From assembly GCF_003334315.1 (NCBI RefSeq), contig NZ_QOWR01000050.1: a stretch of 34,162 nucleotides of DNA. The stretch is one strand, 5' to 3'. Numbering within the stretch: position 1 is the stretch's first letter; each line of letters begins with the position of its first letter. This document shows, in pieces, positions 19,770 through 29,500 of the stretch. The notes under the pieces were generated by a model, which saw nothing but the letters and a program-made list of their open reading frames with translations, was not told the origin of the DNA and did not search any database. The position numbers and the translations under genes are program-made. This DNA comes from Escherichia coli. GTDB lineage: Bacteria > Pseudomonadota > Gammaproteobacteria > Enterobacterales > Enterobacteriaceae.

Positions 19770-19829
19770 CACTTTTCCTTATTATTTACCCAGTGTGATT
19801 TCAGTGTACGCAGCGACAAGAAAAGTCAC

Positions 19830-19866
19830 TTTTTTCGCTGTGACATTCGCTTTGTCAGCTGTGACA
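19830..19866 (-). promoter_or_regulatory. Candidate FeaR activator site in the feaB promoter (two TGNCA-N8-AAA direct repeats, 21 bp apart, read on the minus strand)
   Basis: Plus strand shows TTT-N8-TGACA at 19830-19845 and 19851-19866, i.e. TGTCA-N8-AAA twice on the feaB-coding strand. Confidence 0.5.
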
Positions 19867-20004
19867 AGCTCCGCAAATCGTGACAATAACCGCTTATGTC
19901 TCTATGCCTGACAAGACTTATTTCCTATAGTCAGGCTCATTAGCTTCGTTTATTGCAACACAAATGCAACAATAAAAATACATTTCACAGAGCGAAAACG
20001 TGCC

Positions 20005-20910
20005 ATGAACCCCGCAGTGGATAATGAGTTTCAGCAATGGCTTTCCCAAATCAATCAGGTATGCGGAAATTTTACCGGACGCCTGCTGACTGAGCGTTAC
20101 ACGGGTGTACTGGACACGCATTTTGCCAAAGGACTAAAGCTGAGTACCGTGACAACCAGCGGGGTGAATTTATCCCGCACCTGGCAGGAAGTAAAAGGCA
20201 GCGACGATGCCTGGTTTTACACCGTTTTTCAGCTTAGTGGTCAGGCAATAATGGAGCAGGATGAGCGTCAGGTGCAGATTGGCGCTGGCGATATTACGTT
20301 ACTCGATGCCTCACGCCCCTGTTCGCTTTACTGGCAGGAGTCTTCTAAACAGATTTCATTACTTTTGCCACGCACTCTGCTGGAACAATATTTTCCCCAT
20401 CAAAAACCTGTCTGCGCAGAAAGACTGGACGCTGACTTACCCATGGTGCAACTCAGTCATCGCCTGTTACAGGAGAGCATGAATAATCCGGCACTTTCTG
20501 AAACAGAAAGTGAAGCTGCGCTACAGGCGATGGTGTGTCTGCTGCGCCCGGTACTTCATCAGCGGGAATCTGTTCAACCTCGTCGTGAACGTCAGTTTCA
20601 AAAAGTGGTTACGTTGATAGACGATAATATTCGCGAAGAGATATTACGCCCGGAGTGGATAGCCGGAGAGACAGGTATGTCAGTACGTAGTTTGTACCGA
20701 ATGTTTGCCGATAAAGGTTTGGTAGTCGCGCAATATATTCGTAACCGTCGTCTCGATTTTTGTGCAGATGCGATTCGCCATGCCGCAGATGATGAAAAAC
20801 TGGCAGGCATCGGCTTTCATTGGGGATTTTCTGACCAGAGTCATTTTTCAACGGTATTTAAGCAACGCTTTGGGATGACGCCAGGCGAGTATCGACGTAA
20901 ATTCCGCTAA
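20005..20910 (+). CDS. feaR: AraC-family transcriptional activator FeaR, 301 aa
   Basis: 301-aa protein with a C-terminal AraC-type helix-turn-helix (…RSLYRMFADKGLVVAQYIRNRRLDFCADAI…FSDQSHFSTVFKQRFGMTPGEYRRKF); divergent from feaB. Confidence 0.9.
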   Translation: MNPAVDNEFQQWLSQINQVCGNFTGRLLTERYTGVLDTHFAKGLKLSTVTTSGVNLSRTWQEVKGSDDAWFYTVFQLSGQAIMEQDERQVQIGAGDITLLDASRPCSLYWQESSKQISLLLPRTLLEQYFPHQKPVCAERLDADLPMVQLSHRLLQESMNNPALSETESEAALQAMVCLLRPVLHQRESVQPRRERQFQKVVTLIDDNIREEILRPEWIAGETGMSVRSLYRMFADKGLVVAQYIRNRRLDFCADAIRHAADDEKLAGIGFHWGFSDQSHFSTVFKQRFGMTPGEYRRKFR

Positions 20911-20945
20911 CTAATTGGCGTTGCATGTACTGCAACGCCAATTAG
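20911..20945. terminator. Perfect 15-bp inverted repeat (5-nt loop) between convergent feaR and ydbL; probable bidirectional terminator or RNA-stabilising hairpin
   Basis: CTAATTGGCGTTGCA (20911-20925) / TGCAACGCCAATTAG (20931-20945); begins immediately after the feaR stop codon; no strong U-tract on either side. Confidence 0.55.
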
Positions 20946-21081
20946 TTAAAACAGATATTTGACTATGCATTTTTCAGGGCAAAAGGCAATTTGACAGGAG
21001 TTTTTGAATATTCACCTTGTTTCAGGAAAATAGATCAATCGCCTTCTCCTGTAGCGTTATCCCGATATTGCGGTTTTGCTA

Positions 21082-21408
21082 TTAAAATTTTCGCACCCAT
21101 TTACCGTTTATCCCTTGTACATATTCCCCCGGTTTGGCCCGAGCTACGAGCTTTTGCCCGGCGAGTTTCGCGATATCATCTACCGACACATTATTTTGCT
21201 TTGCCAGTTGTTGGTAACTCGCTTTACGTTCGGCATTAATGTCGGCTACTAATTTCTCTGTTTCAGCATCCGTTTTCAGCGCAACCAGATAACCGTAAAA
21301 TGTTTCACCTACCCGCCCCTGAGTTCTGGCTTCATCCAGAGTCAATGCCATTACATTGCTGCTTACCAGCCCAACAAGAAACGCACAAAGAAGTAATGTT
21401 TTCTTCAT
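21082..21408 (-). CDS. ydbL: Periplasmic DUF1318-type protein YdbL, 108 aa
   Basis: Signal peptide MKKTLLLCAFLVGLVSSNVMA; GAGG site 5 nt before this ATG and overlapping the ynbE stop. The track ORF (135 aa) starts upstream inside ynbE. Confidence 0.75.
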   Translation of the reverse strand: MKKTLLLCAFLVGLVSSNVMALTLDEARTQGRVGETFYGYLVALKTDAETEKLVADINAERKASYQQLAKQNNVSVDDIAKLAGQKLVARAKPGEYVQGINGKWVRKF

Positions 21409-21415
21409 CATCACC

Positions 21416-21601
21416 TCAGAAAAGATCGCTACGAGTTTCAAGCAGCTCTTCGACATCTTTGTCTGCCTTGATGATGATCTCATGCTCAATTTTAACGTTC
21501 ATATTGATAGTGATCGGTTCCTTAGGTGCAGCGACTTCAATGCGAGGCGTACAGCCAACCAGCATAAAAGATGACGTCAACGCAGCCAGTAAAATTTTCA
21601 T
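21416..21601 (-). CDS. ynbE: Small lipoprotein YnbE, 61 aa
   Basis: 61-aa ORF with a lipobox-like LVGC (MKILLAALTSSFMLVGCTPR…); start overlaps the ydbH stop by 4 nt. Confidence 0.75.
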   Translation of the reverse strand: MKILLAALTSSFMLVGCTPRIEVAAPKEPITINMNVKIEHEIIIKADKDVEELLETRSDLF

Positions 21602-24237
21602 TGTTTTTCCTCACACTCTTTTCCTTGCGGACAGTCATTTCCCGGCAGACGTGCGTTCTGCTCCAGCCATGCCTGGAGATTATCGCCAAAGCGTAAACTG
21701 CGCCACAGCGTAAAAATATTCTCTTCATGATGGTAATTAAGGTTTACCGTACCGCTTTTACCATCAACGCGACTGGTACCTGTAATGTTGGCCTGCATGG
21801 TTAATAAACCGAGATTATCTAAATTAATTTTTGTCGATGAACGGCTAATTTCCATATAGCGCAACCAGTTAATTGCTGAACCCGCAGTCATATTGTCTTT
21901 TACCACCGCATCCGCAGTGTCTTTATCCAGTCGCAATGTCATCGGCCCGCTATTCGCCAGCCAGCCATCTTTCACAATCCATTTTTCATTGTTCAGCCAT
22001 AACGGCAGTGCACCACTAAATGCCCCGGACATGGCGAATTGTTTCGGATTGACGGCGCTAACCAGTTCGCTGGATGAGAGATTATTCAGCCGCAACAGCG
22101 CCGGGTCATGTTGCGGCATACGTAATTGTTTCATCAGTACGTTACCGCCTAACACATCGACGCTAACATCAGTCAACAGCAAGGGTTCTTCTTCAGTCCA
22201 CGGATAACGCCCTTGCAAATCAGCCGTAATATTTTTCGCTGTCACCAGATTAATCACTTCGGCAATTCGCAACGTAACGGGGCCGCGAGTCCCCAGATGC
22301 CAGGCTCCATCGGCAAAACGGAAAGGCAGGACAAAATCGACACCGTTAACCTGATTATCTGGCATCCAGGCACTACCGCCTTTCAACACGCCGTGTCCTC
22401 CCGCGCGGAATCCTTGTTCAGGCGCAGCAGAAAATGCAACCTGAGCATACAGTTCACCATCGCGTAAGTTCATCTTCCAGTCGGGTGGCACCAGCGGCTG
22501 GAATACGGTCAGTGATTGTTTAGGCCACCAGGCGTTACCGCGCAGACGAATACCGTCCCAGCGACCATTTACCCGAACCGGGCCAATCTCACCAGCATGT
22601 AAATCGCCTTTAAAGAGGAAATAGGTAGGATCGCGCCCATCGACGCTAAATTTTAAGGTTGATGGCGGTAACACACTGCCGCCAGTGAACAGCGTTTGCC
22701 CGGCGTCCAGTGACAGCGCGCCGCTAAAGGAGGGATGCTGTGCGTCACGTACCCAGACGATGGGCTTGTCGAGAATTAATCGCGGCTTTTCTACCGTCAT
22801 CGTACCGTATTGTAACTGGTCGAAACCGGTGGAGAGATCGGTCAGCGTAATCGTGCTGTCATGCCACTCACCTTTTCCTGCGACATCCCAGGTGGCATTC
22901 ATCGGTGTAAAACTCCCTTTTCCCCAGTAGCGCCACTGCCAGCGGCCAGCGTCAGGGAGAAAATCATTCGCCAGCCCATCCATATGCAGCACGAAATCGC
23001 CCAGTTCATTTTCATGCGCCTGCAAGATGGCCTGCAAACGTCCGTCAACACCACGTTGGGTGACTTTTACACCCGCTAAAGGCCAGCGGATTTCATCGAT
23101 GTCCAGCGAATCGATGACTCTTCCCTTTGAACGAAGTAACGCGCCTGGCTCAAAGGTCAGCGTTGGGTCAGACAGACTTCCACTTAGCTGCGCAGGTAAA
23201 CGGGCATATAAAATGAGGTCCGCCTGTTTCGCTTCACCGGTCAGCTGCAGAGGCAGCTGACTGTTATCCATGCTTAATTTTCCTGGGCCAAAATTAAGCA
23301 CCGCGTTGCCCTTACCCGCTTGCCCCTGGGTCAGCACACTCAGTCGTCCGCTGACCAGAGCGTTCTCAAGCCCTGCCTGCCAGTTGTCGACTTTGACACC
23401 CAGTCGGCCACTCAAAGGAAAACCTGCATACGGCCAGCTCCAGCGACCATCGCTTACGGCCAATTGTTGACGAGTAATTTGCCACGGCAAATCGAGCAAC
23501 GGATCGCCGTTATCCCGTGCCAGCACGATCAATTGCCCGCTATTTTCCTGCCAGTCCAGCTCGGCATCCACCAGTGACGGTTCCTGCGGCAAGTTTAACG
23601 TCGCAGTAGCATGCCCACTTACAGGAAGTCCATCCGGCACGAGCGGCATAGCAAATTCCCCCACCAGTTTTACCGGCGGCTGATTTTCAAACGCGACGAC
23701 ATCCAGTTCGCTGACTGTAAGTTGTTGCCCTTTCAGCTGGCCTTGAAATTTAACTTTTTCGCCCTGATAACGCAGTTGCTGGATATCAGAGGTTAATGCG
23801 AGAGAGAGTTTTCCCTGCCATTCCTGCCAGGGAGAAAAAATCAGTTTATCGATATTGATCCAGGTGTTAGGCAGCATGGCCTGCCACTGCGCGAGTGTTT
23901 TTGGAGCGGCTGGCGATTGCTCCGTCTGCGGCAATTTCGCCAGACAAGCAGAATCAAGTTCTACCGTGCCGACGTTCAATAACCAGCGGCTGGGATGTGA
24001 AAGGCTGGCGTTGGTGATATGCGCAAGCTGACAATCTCCCACCAGATAACGGAGATCGGGAATGATTAAACCTTTACGCGTAATGCGTGGGCTTTCATCT
24101 AATGCAATACGTGTCCCGAGCGGTAGCCAGATGCCCGCCAGCGTGGGAACCCACAGCCCGAGCGTCATCAGCAGCGTCAACGGCACAAGAATAATCAGTA
24201 ATAACAGCGCGAGAACGGCTTTATATTTACCCAGCAT
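21598..24237 (-). CDS. ydbH: AsmA-like inner-membrane-anchored protein YdbH, 879 aa
   Basis: 879-aa ORF with an N-terminal transmembrane anchor (MLGKYKAVLALLLLIILVPLTLLMTLGLWVP) and a long beta-rich periplasmic part; first gene of ydbH-ynbE-ydbL. Confidence 0.85.
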   Translation of the reverse strand: MLGKYKAVLALLLLIILVPLTLLMTLGLWVPTLAGIWLPLGTRIALDESPRITRKGLIIPDLRYLVGDCQLAHITNASLSHPSRWLLNVGTVELDSACLAKLPQTEQSPAAPKTLAQWQAMLPNTWINIDKLIFSPWQEWQGKLSLALTSDIQQLRYQGEKVKFQGQLKGQQLTVSELDVVAFENQPPVKLVGEFAMPLVPDGLPVSGHATATLNLPQEPSLVDAELDWQENSGQLIVLARDNGDPLLDLPWQITRQQLAVSDGRWSWPYAGFPLSGRLGVKVDNWQAGLENALVSGRLSVLTQGQAGKGNAVLNFGPGKLSMDNSQLPLQLTGEAKQADLILYARLPAQLSGSLSDPTLTFEPGALLRSKGRVIDSLDIDEIRWPLAGVKVTQRGVDGRLQAILQAHENELGDFVLHMDGLANDFLPDAGRWQWRYWGKGSFTPMNATWDVAGKGEWHDSTITLTDLSTGFDQLQYGTMTVEKPRLILDKPIVWVRDAQHPSFSGALSLDAGQTLFTGGSVLPPSTLKFSVDGRDPTYFLFKGDLHAGEIGPVRVNGRWDGIRLRGNAWWPKQSLTVFQPLVPPDWKMNLRDGELYAQVAFSAAPEQGFRAGGHGVLKGGSAWMPDNQVNGVDFVLPFRFADGAWHLGTRGPVTLRIAEVINLVTAKNITADLQGRYPWTEEEPLLLTDVSVDVLGGNVLMKQLRMPQHDPALLRLNNLSSSELVSAVNPKQFAMSGAFSGALPLWLNNEKWIVKDGWLANSGPMTLRLDKDTADAVVKDNMTAGSAINWLRYMEISRSSTKINLDNLGLLTMQANITGTSRVDGKSGTVNLNYHHEENIFTLWRSLRFGDNLQAWLEQNARLPGNDCPQGKECEEKQ

Positions 24238-24444
24238 GGGTAGTTAATATCCTGATTTAGCGAAAAATTAAGCATTCAATACGGGTATTGTGGCATGTTT
24301 AACCGTTCAGTTGAAGGTTGCGCCTACACTAAGCATAGTTGTTGATGAATTTTTCAATATCGCCATAGCTTTCAATTAAATTTGAAATTTTGTAAAATAT
24401 TTTTAGTAGCTTAAATGTGATTCAACATCACTGGAGAAAGTCTT

Positions 24445-25434
24445 ATGAAACTCGCCGTTTATAGCACAAAACAGTACGACAAGAAGTACCTGCAACAGGT
24501 GAACGAGTCCTTTGGCTTTGAGCTGGAATTTTTTGACTTTCTGCTGACGGAAAAAACCGCTAAAACTGCCAATGGCTGCGAAGCGGTATGTATTTTCGTA
24601 AACGATGACGGCAGCCGCCCGGTGCTGGAAGAGCTGAAAAAGCACGGCGTTAAATATATCGCCCTGCGCTGTGCCGGTTTCAATAACGTCGACCTTGACG
24701 CGGCAAAAGAACTGGGGCTGAAAGTAGTCCGTGTTCCAGCCTATGATCCAGAGGCCGTTGCTGAACACGCCATCGGTATGATGATGACGCTGAACCGCCG
24801 TATTCACCGCGCGTATCAGCGTACCCGTGATGCTAACTTCTCTCTGGAAGGTCTGACCGGCTTTACTATGTATGGCAAAACGGCAGGCGTTATCGGTACC
24901 GGTAAAATCGGTGTGGCGATGCTGCGCATTCTGAAAGGTTTTGGTATGCGTCTGCTGGCGTTCGATCCGTATCCAAGTGCAGCGGCGCTGGAACTCGGTG
25001 TGGAGTATGTCGATCTGCCAACCCTGTTCTCTGAATCAGACGTTATCTCTCTGCACTGCCCGCTGACACCGGAAAACTATCATCTGTTGAACGAAGCCGC
25101 CTTCGAACAGATGAAAAATGGCGTGATGATCGTCAATACCAGTCGCGGTGCATTGATTGATTCTCAGGCAGCAATTGAAGCGCTGAAAAATCAGAAAATT
25201 GGTTCGTTGGGTATGGACGTGTATGAGAACGAACGCGATCTATTCTTTGAAGATAAATCCAACGACGTGATCCAGGATGACGTATTCCGTCGCCTGTCTG
25301 CCTGCCACAACGTGCTGTTTACCGGGCACCAGGCATTCCTGACAGCAGAAGCTCTGACCAGTATTTCTCAGACTACGCTGCAAAACTTAAGCAATCTGGA
25401 AAAAGGCGAAACCTGCCCGAACGAACTGGTTTAA
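24445..25434 (+). CDS. ldhA: Fermentative NAD-dependent D-lactate dehydrogenase LdhA, 329 aa
   Basis: 329 aa starting MKLAVYSTKQYDKKYLQQVNESFGFELEFFDF…, with the NAD-binding motif GVIGTGKIG of the D-isomer-specific 2-hydroxyacid dehydrogenase family. Confidence 0.95.
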   Translation: MKLAVYSTKQYDKKYLQQVNESFGFELEFFDFLLTEKTAKTANGCEAVCIFVNDDGSRPVLEELKKHGVKYIALRCAGFNNVDLDAAKELGLKVVRVPAYDPEAVAEHAIGMMMTLNRRIHRAYQRTRDANFSLEGLTGFTMYGKTAGVIGTGKIGVAMLRILKGFGMRLLAFDPYPSAAALELGVEYVDLPTLFSESDVISLHCPLTPENYHLLNEAAFEQMKNGVMIVNTSRGALIDSQAAIEALKNQKIGSLGMDVYENERDLFFEDKSNDVIQDDVFRRLSACHNVLFTGHQAFLTAEALTSISQTTLQNLSNLEKGETCPNELV

Positions 25435-25441
25435 TCTTGCC

Positions 25442-25464
25442 GCTCCCCTGCATTCCAGGGGAGC
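25442..25464 (+). terminator. Hairpin immediately downstream of ldhA (9-bp perfect stem, weak U-tract)
   Basis: GCTCCCCTG (25442-25450) / CAGGGGAGC (25456-25464), 5-nt loop, followed by TGATTC. Confidence 0.45.
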
Positions 25465-25544
25465 TGATTCAGATAATCCCCAATGACCTTTCATCCTCTA
25501 TTCTTAAAATAGTCCTGAGTCAGAAACTGTAATTGAGAACCACA

Positions 25545-25967
25545 ATGAAGAAAGTAGCCGCGTTTGTTGCGCTAAGCCTGCTGATGGCGGGATGTGTAAG
25601 TAATGACAAAATTGCTGTTACGCCAGAACAGCTACAGCATCATCGCTTTGTGCTGGAAAGCGTAAACGGTAAGCCCGTGACCAGCGATAAAAATCCGCCA
25701 GAAATCAGCTTTGGTGAAAAAATGATGATTTCCGGCAGCATGTGTAACCGCTTTAGCGGTGAAGGCAAACTGTCTAATGGTGAACTGACAGCCAAAGGGC
25801 TGGCAATGACCCGTATGATGTGCGCTAACCCGCAGCTTAATGAACTCGATAACACCATTAGCGAAATGCTGAAAGAAGGTGCACAAGTGGATCTGACCGC
25901 GAACCAGTTAACGCTGGCGACCGCAAAACAGACATTAACTTATAAGCTGGCGGATTTAATGAATTAA
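25545..25967 (+). CDS. hslJ: Heat-shock lipoprotein HslJ, 140 aa
   Basis: MKKVAAFVALSLLMAGCVSN lipoprotein signal; the track ORF starts at a TTG 12 nt upstream. Confidence 0.85.
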   Translation: MKKVAAFVALSLLMAGCVSNDKIAVTPEQLQHHRFVLESVNGKPVTSDKNPPEISFGEKMMISGSMCNRFSGEGKLSNGELTAKGLAMTRMMCANPQLNELDNTISEMLKEGAQVDLTANQLTLATAKQTLTYKLADLMN

Positions 25968-26230
25968 TAGCTGCCACAGCTCCCGGCGGCAAGTGACTGT
26001 TCGCTACAGCGTTTGCCGTTGGGTAATGCACACATCCCAATCGCCGTACCATCCAGTTGACGGGCAACAGAAAGCGAACCGCCGATCATTGCACAATTTG
26101 CTTCTCCACTACTGGACATCGACGCTTTTAAACCTGGCGCTACGTGCGCGGCAGTCGCCTGCTGAACAGGTTCACTACTACACGCCGACAACAATAAAGC
26201 GGCACACCCTACCCAAAACGCTGCTCGCAT
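25964..26230 (-). CDS. ydbJ: Small DUF333-type lipoprotein YdbJ, 88 aa
   Basis: 88-aa ORF with lipobox LLSACSS (MRAAFWVGCAALLLSACSSEP…); convergent with hslJ and sharing its stop (TTAA). Confidence 0.7.
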   Translation of the reverse strand: MRAAFWVGCAALLLSACSSEPVQQATAAHVAPGLKASMSSSGEANCAMIGGSLSVARQLDGTAIGMCALPNGKRCSEQSLAAGSCGSY

Positions 26231-26503
26231 CTTTTCTTCCTCTGATCTTCAAGCCAAACGACACCGCCATAAATAATAGGCAGCACAGAGGGCGGCGTCG
26301 AGAGCTGTCCTGCGCGTTGCCCCGCATTTTTACTTTTTTATGGCTATTTTTTTGCCCTCTGTTTGATCAAAACATTCATTACGCTGATGTGGGGGACACA
26401 AAAGCGAAAATGCAGAAGAAAGCCATTTGCTAAAATTGAAAGATTACTACTGGGCGCGCAGCAATTTCGTGCGCCCCTCATTTGCGCAATGTAAGGGTGT
26501 CAT

Positions 26504-29500
26504 ATGATTACTATTGACGGTAATGGCGCGGTTGCTTCGGTCGCATTTCGCACCAGTGAAGTTATCGCCATCTACCCTATTACCCCCAGTTCCACGATGG
26601 CAGAACAGGCTGATGCCTGGGCCGGAAACGGCTTAAAGAACGTTTGGGGAGACACACCACGCGTGGTTGAAATGCAGTCGGAAGCGGGTGCTATCGCTAC
26701 CGTGCATGGCGCTTTGCAGACGGGTGCCCTTTCAACATCGTTTACGTCATCGCAGGGTTTGCTGCTGATGATCCCGACGCTGTACAAACTGGCAGGCGAA
26801 CTAACACCGTTTGTCCTGCATGTAGCGGCACGTACCGTTGCCACACATGCACTCTCTATTTTTGGCGATCATTCCGACGTTATGGCGGTGCGCCAGACGG
26901 GTTGCGCGATGTTGTGTGCAGCAAACGTCCAGGAAGCGCAAGACTTTGCTCTCATTTCGCAAATCGCGACGCTGAAAAGCCGCGTGCCATTTATTCATTT
27001 CTTTGATGGTTTCCGCACGTCCCACGAAATCAATAAAATTGTCCCGCTGGCCGATGACACGATTCTTGATCTCATGCCGCAGGTCGAAATTGATGCTCAT
27101 CGCGCCCGGGCACTCAACCCGGAACATCCGGTGATCCGCGGTACGTCCGCCAATCCTGACACTTATTTCCAGTCTCGCGAAGCCACCAACCCATGGTACA
27201 ACGCGGTCTATGACCATGTTGAACAGGCGATGAATGATTTCTCTGCCGCGACAGGTCGTCAGTATCAGCCGTTTGAATATTACGGGCATCCGCAAGCGGA
27301 ACGGGTGATTATCCTGATGGGCTCTGCCATTGGCACCTGTGAAGAAGTGGTTGATGAATTGCTAACCCGTGGCGAAAAAGTTGGCGTGCTGAAAGTTCGC
27401 CTGTACCGCCCCTTCTCCGCTAAACATTTACTGCAAGCTCTGCCGGGATCCGTACGCAGCGTGGCGGTACTGGACAGAACCAAAGAACCCGGTGCCCAGG
27501 CAGAACCGCTCTATCTGGATGTAATGACCGCACTGGCAGAAGCCTTTAATAATGGCGAGCGCGAAACTCTGCCCCGTGTCATTGGTGGGCGCTATGGTCT
27601 TTCATCCAAAGAATTTGGCCCAGACTGTGTACTGGCGGTATTTGCCGAGCTCAACGCGGCTAAACCGAAAGCGCGCTTTACGGTTGGTATTTACGATGAT
27701 GTGACCAATCTGTCACTGCCGTTGCCGGAAAACACCCTGCCAAACTCGGCGAAACTGGAAGCCTTGTTTTATGGCCTTGGTAGTGATGGCAGCGTTTCCG
27801 CGACCAAAAACAATATCAAGATTATCGGTAATTCCACGCCGTGGTACGCACAGGGCTATTTTGTTTACGACTCCAAAAAGGCGGGCGGCCTGACGGTTTC
27901 TCACCTTCGAGTGAGCGAACAGCCGATTCGTTCCGCTTATCTCATTTCCCAGGCTGATTTTGTTGGCTGCCACCAGTTGCAGTTTATCGATAAATATCAG
28001 ATGGCTGAGCGTTTAAAACCTGGCGGCATTTTCCTGCTCAACACGCCGTACAGCGCAGATGAAGTGTGGTCGCGCTTGCCGCAAGAAGTTCAGGCCGTGT
28101 TAAACCAGAAAAAAGCGCGCTTCTATGTGATTAACGCGGCGAAAATCGCCCGCGAATGTGGCCTGGCGGCCCGTATTAATACCGTCATGCAGATGGCTTT
28201 TTTCCATCTGACGCAAATTCTGCCTGGCGATAGCGCCCTCGCAGAATTGCAGGGTGCGATTGCCAAAAGTTACAGTAGCAAAGGCCAGGATCTGGTGGAA
28301 CGCAACTGGCAGGCTCTGGCGCTGGCGCGTGAATCCGTAGAAGAAGTTCCGTTGCAACCGGTAAATCCGCACAGCGCCAATCGACCGCCAGTGGTTTCCG
28401 ATGCCGCCCCTGATTTCGTGAAAACCGTAACCGCTGCGATGCTCGCCGGGCTTGGTGACGCCCTCCCCGTTTCGGCGCTGCCGCCAGACGGCACCTGGCC
28501 GATGGGCACTACGCGCTGGGAAAAACGCAATATCGCCGAAGAGATCCCCATCTGGAAAGAGGAACTCTGTACCCAATGTAACCACTGCGTTGCCGCTTGC
28601 CCACACTCAGCTATTCGCGCAAAAGTGGTGCCGCCTGAAGCGATGGAAAACGCCCCTGCCAGCCTGCATTCGCTGGATGTGAAATCGCGTGATATGCGCG
28701 GGCAGAAATATGTCTTGCAGGTGGCACCGGAAGATTGCACCGGTTGTAACCTGTGCGTCGAAGTTTGCCCGGCGAAAGACCGTCAGAATCCAGAGATTAA
28801 AGCCATCAATATGATGTCTCGCCTGGAACATGTCGAAGAAGAGAAAATCAATTACGATTTCTTCCTCAACCTGCCAGAAATCGACCGTAGCAAACTGGAA
28901 CGTATTGATATTCGTACATCGCAGCTGATTACACCGCTGTTTGAATATTCAGGTGCTTGCTCCGGTTGTGGCGAGACGCCGTATATTAAATTACTGACTC
29001 AGCTCTATGGCGACCGGATGTTGATCGCTAACGCCACTGGCTGTTCTTCAATTTATGGCGGTAACCTGCCCTCTACACCGTATACCACCGATGCCAACGG
29101 TCGTGGGCCGGCATGGGCGAACTCTCTATTTGAAGATAATGCCGAATTTGGCCTTGGTTTCCGCCTGACGGTCGATCAACACCGTGTCCGCGTGCTGCGT
29201 CTGCTGGATCAATTTGCCGATAAAATCCCGGCGGAATTACTGACGGCGTTGAAATCAGACGCCACGCCAGAGGTTCGTCGTGAACAGGTTGCAGCTTTAC
29301 GCCAGCAACTCAACGATGTTGCCGAAGCACATGAACTGCTACGTGATGCAGATGCACTGGTGGAAAAATCAATCTGGCTGATTGGTGGTGATGGCTGGGC
29401 TTACGATATCGGCTTTGGCGGTCTGGATCATGTATTGAGTTTGACGGAAAACGTCAACATTCTGGTGCTGGATACGCAATGCTATTCCAACACCGGTGGT

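Noticed and set aside
21300-21713. 137-aa plus-strand ORF antisense to ydbL/ynbE/ydbH start
   Set aside because: Overlaps three tightly coupled genes on the other strand; no independent support.
25993-26433. 146-aa plus-strand ORF spanning ydbJ (antisense) and the ydbJ-ydbK spacer
   Set aside because: Overlaps the lipoprotein gene on the opposite strand and runs through the divergent promoter region; no ribosome-binding site; Arg/His-rich, unlikely composition.
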